In this document: positions 8,824-14,757 of the stretch, in pieces
Layout: each line of letters opens with the position of its first letter
Numbering within the stretch: position 1 is the first letter of the stretch
NCBI GenBank assembly: GCA_017964105.1
Contig: JAGCSP010000003.1
Location: 1-31,020, forward strand
Source of the DNA: Clostridia bacterium
GTDB taxonomy: Bacteria; Bacillota; Clostridia; Christensenellales; UBA1242
Direction of reading: 5' to 3'
Length of the DNA stretch: 31,020 nucleotides
The notes under the pieces: model-generated
What the model saw: only the letters and a program-made list of their open reading frames with translations
Databases searched by the model: none
Told to the model about the DNA's origin: nothing
Program-made: the position numbers and the translations under genes

Positions 8824-9154
8824 ACATACATTAATTTGTATGTATCGGTTTACCGCTATGGTAAGTGGCGAGGATACTAATACTCGTGTGTGACCTACCA
8901 TCACTTAACACTATTAACCGATAGGCACCCCTTAAAGCTTGCACAGTCAGTACATTGTTTTTGAAAGTTTGATGTACTTATAAAATCTGAGCCTTCGTGG
9001 TAGTAAATAGGGTTGATAATGCTAATTACATTATTATTCTACGCAGCCAACTGATATCATTTTAGTTATTGACATTTGGTGATCATGTAATGGTTTATAT
9101 AGCGTAACAAACTTTCTTTTTTTGTGTAATTTAACACCCGCAAGGGTGTTTTTT
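8824..9154 (+). ncRNA. Candidate ~330-nt structured ncRNA; 3' ~180 nt is 6S RNA-like
   Basis: Own promoter and terminator and no credible ORF. Long-range helices: GAAAGTTTG 8963-8971 / CAAACTTTC 9108-9116; TGAGCC 8988-8993 / GGTTTA 9092-9097; 9012-9025 / 9062-9073. Separate 5' domain closed by TATCGGTT / AACCGATA. Folded by eye only. Confidence 0.55.
9133..9154 (+). terminator. Intrinsic terminator
   Basis: AACACCC-GCAA-GGGTGTT followed by a T-tract. Confidence 0.85.
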
Positions 9155-9173
9155 GTTTTTGTACTTAGAATAC

Positions 9174-9222
9174 TTGACAATATGAGTGAATATTCATATA
9201 CTATATGAGTAAACATTCATAT
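9174..9222 (+). promoter_or_regulatory. Promoter with two tandem ArsR/SmtB (CzrA-type) operators
   Basis: TTGACA 9174-9179, 17 nt, TATACT 9197-9202. Two ATATGA-N8-TCATAT palindromes at 9180-9199 and 9203-9222. Confidence 0.85.
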
Positions 9223-9235
9223 TGGAGAATATAAA

Positions 9236-9535
9236 ATGAAAAATATTCCTAGTGATAGAGATACTGACAACGTAATAGTAATATTGAAGATGCTTGCAGA
9301 TAAAACAAGATTAAAAATAGTGTATTCACTGATGTCTGGGGCAAAGTGTGTGAGTGAGATTGTGGCAGAAGTTGGCGAGAGCCAATCTGCAATTAGTCAT
9401 CAACTTGCAACAATGAAAGTAAGTAACTTAGTAAAGAGTGAAAGAGCAGGCAATAAAATAATATATAGCGTGGCAGATGAACATGTAAACAAAGTTGTAA
9501 AACTTTGCCTTGCGCATGCAAAGGAGCTAGAGTAA
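9236..9535 (+). CDS. ArsR/SmtB family metal-sensing repressor (alpha5-site, Zn-type)
   Basis: HTH motif SQSAISHQL. C-terminal DEHVNKVVKLCLAHAKE matches the DxHx10Hx2E alpha5 metal site of SmtB. Confidence 0.93.
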   Translation: MKNIPSDRDTDNVIVILKMLADKTRLKIVYSLMSGAKCVSEIVAEVGESQSAISHQLATMKVSNLVKSERAGNKIIYSVADEHVNKVVKLCLAHAKELE

Positions 9536-11673
9536 TGGACAAAAAGACATTTGACATAATTGACCTTGATTGCGCTGCATGTAGTGTAAAGATAGAAAAA
9601 GCAATTAATGGTTTTGACGACATTGATGAGTGTGTGCTAGATTTTATTGGCAAAAAATTATATGTTACACCTGCAAGAGAATTTGAAAGCGACGCTGCGC
9701 TTATTGAATGGCTAGAAGATATTGTACACATATTTGAATCAGAAGTACATTTGGTGCTTGCTGATGAAGAAACTAAACAAGAAAAGAAGAAAACAAATTT
9801 CTTTAAATCCCAAGCTTTTGAGTGGACCAAAATTGGTGTTGGTTTTGTGACTATTGTTTTATTGCTTACCCTAAACCTTAATTTTTGGATTCAACTTGGC
9901 GTAGGTCTTGCAGTATATTTGCTTGTTAGTTATGATGTAATTATAAAAACTTTTAAAAAGATAACAAAAGGCAACTTTTTAGATGAAAATTTCTTGATGA
10001 CTGTTGCCACCATCGGCGCACTTGCATTGCAAGAGTTTAGTGAAGCGCTAGGTGTCATGGTGCTATACAAAATTGGTGAGATATTCCAAGATTATGCATT
10101 GCAAAAAAGTAGAAAAAATATTATTGACTTAATTAACTTAAAGGCAGAACATGCAACATTACTTAGAGATGGCGAAGAGCATACTTGCAAACCAGAGAAA
10201 TTGCAAGTTGGCGATATAATCTTAATCAAAAAAGGTGAGCGTGTGCCTGTAAACTGTGCCGTTATTGGAGGTAGCACTTATGTAAACACAGTTGCACTTA
10301 CTGGCGAAACCAAATTAAAAACAGTATATCCAGATGATGTGCTCCTAGGAGGATACATTGTGGATGGGGCGCCTGTGCGTGCACGCGTGATTGCTGAATA
10401 CAAGAATAGTGCAGTGGCACGTATTTTGGACCTTGTGGAACATGCAACTAGCAAAAAAGCAAGAGCAGAAAAATTTATTAGTAAATTTGCTCGTGTGTAT
10501 ACACCAGTAGTAATGGGGCTTGCACTTGTTACAGCATTTATTCCACCAATTTTTGTGGGTAATATTAGTACTTGGATATATAGGGCATTATCATTCTTAG
10601 TAATTTCATGTCCATGTGCAATAGTGATATCTGTTCCGTTGACTTATTTTGGCGGCATAGGTATTAGTGCAAAAAATGGATTACTTATAAAAGGTGCAAG
10701 CACACTTGAAACTCTTGCATCAGTAGATACAGTAGTTGTAGATAAAACAGGAACACTTACAAAAGGTGTGTTTGAAGTGCAAGAAGTGTACAACACAGAT
10801 AGTTGCACGCGTGATAACTTAATTAAGTTTATGTGTTATGCAGAAAGTGGTAGTAACCACCCAATTGCAAAAAGCGTGATGAAACTATATTCAGGCAAAA
10901 TATTCCAAAGCAAAATATTTGAATACGACGAAGTAATTGGCCTTGGTATTATGGCAGTAATAGAAGGCAAACAAGTACTTTGTGGCAATGAAAAATTATT
11001 AAAGAAAAATAATATAAAGTTTAAAGCATGTGACAAGCCTGGCGTTGTTGTATATCTAGCAATAAATGGCGAATATGCAGGCTATGTGCTTATTTCAGAC
11101 GCATTAAAAGAAAATGTGAAATATGATATTGAAACTATTAAATCAGTTGGCGTAAAACACATAGTAATGCTAACAGGTGACACTGACGATATTGCAAGTA
11201 GTGTTTCTAAAGATCTTGGAATTAATGAGTATTATGCTAATTTATTGCCAGAAAACAAAGTGGAAATATTACAAAACATATTAAAAGACGGCAAGGGCAA
11301 AGTTGCATATGTTGGTGATGGTATTAATGATGCGCCTGTGCTTATGCTTAGTGACGTGGGTATTGCAATGGGTAAATTTGGTCAAGATGTTGCTATTGAA
11401 GCAGGTGATGTAGTGCTATTAAACGATACATTATCTAGCATCACTAGTGCAATTAAGATTGCAAAACGCACACGCCTTGTGAGTGTGGTAAATGTTGTGT
11501 TTGCCCTAGGTGTTAAGGTGGCCATCATGATAATGGGTGTATGTGGTATATCTAGTCTTTGGTGGGCAGTTATTGGCGATGTGGGTGTATCCATTGTGGC
11601 AATACTTAACGCAATGACAATGTTACTATATAAACCAAATAAACAACAAATACAAAAAGACACTAGCAAATAG
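9535..11673 (+). CDS. cadA: Heavy-metal P1B-2-type ATPase (Zn/Cd/Pb exporter, CadA/ZntA-like)
   Basis: Start at ATG 9535 overlapping the arsR stop (TAATG). CAAC metal-binding domain, TGE, CPC, DKTGTLT, HP and GDGINDAP motifs, plus K and DVG in the last two TMs. Confidence 0.93.
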   Translation: MDKKTFDIIDLDCAACSVKIEKAINGFDDIDECVLDFIGKKLYVTPAREFESDAALIEWLEDIVHIFESEVHLVLADEETKQEKKKTNFFKSQAFEWTKIGVGFVTIVLLLTLNLNFWIQLGVGLAVYLLVSYDVIIKTFKKITKGNFLDENFLMTVATIGALALQEFSEALGVMVLYKIGEIFQDYALQKSRKNIIDLINLKAEHATLLRDGEEHTCKPEKLQVGDIILIKKGERVPVNCAVIGGSTYVNTVALTGETKLKTVYPDDVLLGGYIVDGAPVRARVIAEYKNSAVARILDLVEHATSKKARAEKFISKFARVYTPVVMGLALVTAFIPPIFVGNISTWIYRALSFLVISCPCAIVISVPLTYFGGIGISAKNGLLIKGASTLETLASVDTVVVDKTGTLTKGVFEVQEVYNTDSCTRDNLIKFMCYAESGSNHPIAKSVMKLYSGKIFQSKIFEYDEVIGLGIMAVIEGKQVLCGNEKLLKKNNIKFKACDKPGVVVYLAINGEYAGYVLISDALKENVKYDIETIKSVGVKHIVMLTGDTDDIASSVSKDLGINEYYANLLPENKVEILQNILKDGKGKVAYVGDGINDAPVLMLSDVGIAMGKFGQDVAIEAGDVVLLNDTLSSITSAIKIAKRTRLVSVVNVVFALGVKVAIMIMGVCGISSLWWAVIGDVGVSIVAILNAMTMLLYKPNKQQIQKDTSK

Positions 11674-11683
11674 TGCCTTTTTT
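11654..11683 (+). terminator. Intrinsic terminator after the ATPase
   Basis: AAAAAGACACTA-GCAAA-TAGTGCCTTTTTT, overlapping the stop codon. Confidence 0.7.
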
Positions 11684-11687
11684 GTTG

Positions 11688-11716
11688 TTGACAAGATTGA
11701 GTCGTAGTGGTATTAT
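11688..11716 (+). promoter_or_regulatory. Sigma70-type promoter with extended -10, upstream of the leader peptide
   Basis: TTGACA 11688-11693, 17 nt, TGgTATTAT (-10 at 11711-11716). The predicted +1 falls at or next to the ATG at 11723. Confidence 0.8.
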
Positions 11717-11722
11717 TTAGGT

Positions 11723-11758
11723 ATGAAAAACATTAAATCCCAACAACAACAATACTAA
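11723..11758 (+). CDS. Putative leaderless attenuator leader peptide MKNIKSQQQQY
   Basis: ATG AAA AAC ATT AAA TCC CAA CAA CAA CAA TAC TAA. The ATG is 6 nt after the -10 box, and the Gln codons overlap segment 1 of the attenuator. Confidence 0.72.
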   Translation: MKNIKSQQQQY

Positions 11759-11858
11759 GCAAGTTGTGTATAAGAGTCCTTATGCATAACATTTTTGTTG
11801 TTTTAAGGATGATATAAATAAATTACTTTGTCCTTGAAACATGTTTCAAGGATTTTTT
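11737..11858 (+). promoter_or_regulatory. Transcription attenuator (1:2 pause hairpin, 2:3 antiterminator, 3:4 terminator)
   Basis: 1:2 = ATCC 11737-11740 / GGAT 11807-11810 plus AACAACAA / TTGTTGTT 11795-11802, enclosing a 12-bp hairpin (11763-11790). 2:3 = TGTTTTAAGGA 11799-11809 / TCCTTGAAACA 11831-11841 (11 bp, one G:U). 3:4 = 11831-11840 / 11843-11852 followed by TTTTTT. Confidence 0.78.
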
Positions 11859-11908
11859 GTTTGTAAAATATAATTATTTTGATAAAATAATTTATGTAGG
11901 AGTAAGAT

Positions 11909-13912
11909 ATGAAAAGTTTTAATGATGTAAAGCTAGAAAATATGATTGCACATCGTCCAAAATTTCCAAAGCGTGCAATGATTACATCTGGTATGCCAAA
12001 TGGCAATAAGTATTTGCATATTGGCCATGCAATGATGTGGGTGCACACTGATATTTTTGCACGTTTTATGCGTGATAGAATTGGGTATGACAATGTGTTA
12101 CATGTGTCTGGCACAGATAGCTTTGGAAGTCCTGTGGAAGAAGGATATCGCAAAGCTATAGAGGCTGGCGAGTTTAAGGGTACAATAAAAGAGTTTGCTT
12201 TATCCAAAAGACAATTTCAAAAAGATACATTTGAGAAATATGAAATTGGTATAAATTTGTATTCTGGTTCTTGCACAGATGAGGCAGTGCCTTTGCATGA
12301 AGAGACAGGTGCATGGATTTTTAATACTTTGCGTGAAAATGGTTTTATGAATAAACTTTCCACATATCAATTTTATGACGAAAAGTTAGGAATATTTCTT
12401 AATGGTAGGCAAGTAATTGGTAAGTGTCCAATAGATGGATGCACAGGTGAAAAAGGATATGCAGATGAATGTGACTTAGGTCATCAATATATGCCTAGCC
12501 AATTGATTGACCCTGTGAGTGTGTTGTCTGGTGAAAAACCAGTTTTGAAAAAAATTGACAACTGGTACTTTGACCTTCAAAATCACACAGATTTATTAAA
12601 AGATTGGGTAGAATATCTAAAAAAGAATACAAAAACACGTGAAAGCGTGATAAAAACAATTGAAGAGTTTTTAAAGAAACCAGAAATATATATCAAAAAA
12701 GAATACGAAAATGAATTTGAAAATGTAAAATTTTTGCTTCCAACTTTTGAATATAAAGATGATACAAAAAGTAGTTTTACCATTGTATTTGACAAGCTTG
12801 AAGATAGAGAAGTGGCATGCGAAATGCTTACAGATGCGGGCATTAGATATCGTACTGGCAAAACACTTGTACCATTTAGACTTACCGGCAACTGCGAGTG
12901 GGGTTTGAAATGTCCAAAAGAAGCGGGCGATAACTTGACATTTTGGGTGTGGCCAGAAAGTCTTTGGGCACCTATTACATTTACAAAGCAATGGTTAATA
13001 TCACAAGGTAAACCAAAAGAAGATTGGCGCAAATATTGGTGTGACAAAGATTGCCAAGTATATCAATTTATTGGTGAAGATAATATTTATTTCTATGGCC
13101 CTGCGCAAACTGCAATGTGGTTCTGCATGCAAGGAAAAAATCCTAGTGTAAATATACCAGATGGAAATTTAACAATTCCTCAAATTGTCAGTGATAAGCA
13201 CTTGTTGTTCTTAGGTAAAAAAGCAGGCAGCAGCAGTGCAGTAAAAGCACCACTTGCGCATGAATTATTGAATTATTACACTCCTGAGCAATTGCGTATG
13301 CACTTTATGGGTATGAATGTAATAAATAACCCAGCAAGCATATTCCCAAAACCATTAAACCCAGATGCTGATCCAAATGAAGTGGATCCTGTGGTACGAG
13401 AAGGCAATTTGCTTACAAATGTATTTAATAGAGTGCTTAGAAATCTTTGCTACACATGGCAAAAAGATTTTGATGGATTTATGCCATATGGCACACCAGA
13501 TGAAGATATAATTAAAGAAGGTGAACTTAGTTTACTAAAATATGAAAAACTTATGAGCGAGCAAAAACTTCATATGGTGAGCTATGAACTTGACACATAT
13601 ATTAGAAATATCAATAAGTATTGGGCAAAATATTCAGTGGAATTTGATAAAGACAAAGAGAAAGAAAAACAAGTAATAATCAATACACTTCACATGGTGC
13701 GTGTGGCAATGTTAGAATTACACCCAGTGGCACCTGTTGGTGTGGAAAATTTGGCTAAATTTATGGGAATTAGTAGTGAAGTGTTTAAATGGGAAAATGA
13801 AGACAAACTTATTTATGACTTTATTGAAAATCCAAAGCATCACAAACCAACATTCTTAAATCCAAGAGAAGATTTCTTTACCAAGCATCCAAGTCAATTT
13901 GAACAAGAATAA
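11909..13912 (+). CDS. Divergent class Ia aminoacyl-tRNA synthetase of the MetRS fold; amino-acid specificity uncertain
   Basis: HIGH motif, GTD..GSP, zinc knuckle CPIDGC...EC..GH, VW and FIGEDN motifs, KMSKS equivalent KKAGSSS, and N.FNR in the anticodon-binding helix bundle. AGGAG SD at 11898-11902. Confidence 0.85.
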   Translation: MKSFNDVKLENMIAHRPKFPKRAMITSGMPNGNKYLHIGHAMMWVHTDIFARFMRDRIGYDNVLHVSGTDSFGSPVEEGYRKAIEAGEFKGTIKEFALSKRQFQKDTFEKYEIGINLYSGSCTDEAVPLHEETGAWIFNTLRENGFMNKLSTYQFYDEKLGIFLNGRQVIGKCPIDGCTGEKGYADECDLGHQYMPSQLIDPVSVLSGEKPVLKKIDNWYFDLQNHTDLLKDWVEYLKKNTKTRESVIKTIEEFLKKPEIYIKKEYENEFENVKFLLPTFEYKDDTKSSFTIVFDKLEDREVACEMLTDAGIRYRTGKTLVPFRLTGNCEWGLKCPKEAGDNLTFWVWPESLWAPITFTKQWLISQGKPKEDWRKYWCDKDCQVYQFIGEDNIYFYGPAQTAMWFCMQGKNPSVNIPDGNLTIPQIVSDKHLLFLGKKAGSSSAVKAPLAHELLNYYTPEQLRMHFMGMNVINNPASIFPKPLNPDADPNEVDPVVREGNLLTNVFNRVLRNLCYTWQKDFDGFMPYGTPDEDIIKEGELSLLKYEKLMSEQKLHMVSYELDTYIRNINKYWAKYSVEFDKDKEKEKQVIINTLHMVRVAMLELHPVAPVGVENLAKFMGISSEVFKWENEDKLIYDFIENPKHHKPTFLNPREDFFTKHPSQFEQE

Positions 13913-13915
13913 TTT

Positions 13916-13942
13916 AAGACACATTTTATATGTGTCTTTTTT
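13916..13942 (+). terminator. Intrinsic terminator after the synthetase gene
   Basis: AAGACACAT-TTTAT-ATGTGTCTT followed by a T-tract. Confidence 0.8.
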
Positions 13943-14019
13943 GTGCTGTGTAAAATCATTTTGATAAGTTTAGTTTATGTGGTAAGATAGTACGTAGAGT
14001 TTATAACTTAAGGTGTAAA

Positions 14020-14757
14020 ATGAGACTAATAGATGAAATACAGTGCGGAAACATTATTTGTGGCGTAGCAAAAAATAAGGTAGACATTGAAGCTGCCGAA
14101 AAATTACGCTATGATATGCTTCTTATGGATTTTAATACAGAAAATACAAATACTAATGCTACAGATAAAAGTGAATATGATGATATCTGTGAGCATTTGA
14201 TTGCAATAGATACCGACACAAACGAAGTGGTTGGTACTTATAGAGTGCTAGCTAGCAACAAATTGCCAAAAGGTAAAATGTGGGTAACTGAGCATGAGTT
14301 TGATATTTCAAATTTAAGAAATTGTGGCGAAGGTATTGTGGAATTATCTAGGGCAGTAGTGCATACTGATTATCGTAATGGTTCAGTTATCAAAATGCTT
14401 TGGAAGGCATTATTTAACTACGCAGTAAAATATAATATTAGGTACTTGTTTGGTACAGCAAGTTATCATGGGGTAGATAAATCAAAGTACACCAACTCAT
14501 TTGCTTGGTTAAATGATAAATATTTAGTTGATGATGCTTTATCTTGCTCACCAATTGAACACACTGTTGCATTTGGCAATAGTTATGATTTGGAAAAGGC
14601 AAAAGATGAAACACCATCGCTTATCAAAGGATATCTTGCTATGGGCTCCAAGGTAACCAAAGGCGCATACATTGACTACGAGTTTGGTAGCATTGATGTG
14701 CTTACCATATTAGATTTGAAAAATGTAAGTAGGGTATTTGAGAGAATTATAAAATGA
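14020..14757 (+). CDS. OlsB-like GNAT N-acyltransferase (Acetyltransf_5; ornithine/amino-lipid synthase-like)
   Basis: LRY, D.YD..CEHL, VGTYR, EFD, ELSRAVVH..YR.G, LW, LFGTAS, P.LIKGYL..G and D.EFG..DV follow the OlsB pattern. Confidence 0.8.
   Translation: MRLIDEIQCGNIICGVAKNKVDIEAAEKLRYDMLLMDFNTENTNTNATDKSEYDDICEHLIAIDTDTNEVVGTYRVLASNKLPKGKMWVTEHEFDISNLRNCGEGIVELSRAVVHTDYRNGSVIKMLWKALFNYAVKYNIRYLFGTASYHGVDKSKYTNSFAWLNDKYLVDDALSCSPIEHTVAFGNSYDLEKAKDETPSLIKGYLAMGSKVTKGAYIDYEFGSIDVLTILDLKNVSRVFERIIK

Noticed and set aside
8824-9154. tmRNA, RNase P RNA, SRP RNA or a self-cleaving ribozyme
   Set aside because: No tRNA-like ends, no GAGGAAAGTCC P4 motif, no SRP helix-8 motif and no complete hammerhead or pistol core on either strand.
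9034-9216. 60-aa minus-strand ORF, and the short plus-strand ORF MYRFTAMVSGEDTNTRV at 8840-8893
   Set aside because: Neither has an SD or recognisable composition. The minus ORF runs antisense across the arsR promoter and the terminator.
9505-9534. Longer upstream starts in the ORF track (6825, 7819, 9505, 16767, 29727)
   Set aside because: SD position, gene overlap and N-terminal motifs favour 6867, 7828, 9535, 16776 and 29823.
8626-11683. Genomic island or prophage integrated at tRNA-Ala carrying the metal-efflux operon
   Set aside because: No integrase, no second copy of the tRNA 3' end in the window, and the ATPase gene looks compositionally like its neighbours.
11741-11753. Reading the CAA/AAC/ACA repeat as Asn or Thr codons, or as a phase-variable microsatellite
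   Set aside because: The only start codon after the promoter (ATG 11723) puts the repeat in the Gln frame. Four units is short for slippage, and the repeat has a complementary partner at 11795-11802.
11717-11908. T-box or SAM riboswitch upstream of the MetRS-like gene
   Set aside because: No T-box consensus (GGTGGNACCGCG-like), no stem I GA/AG motifs and no SAM-I core. The leader is also too short for a canonical T-box.
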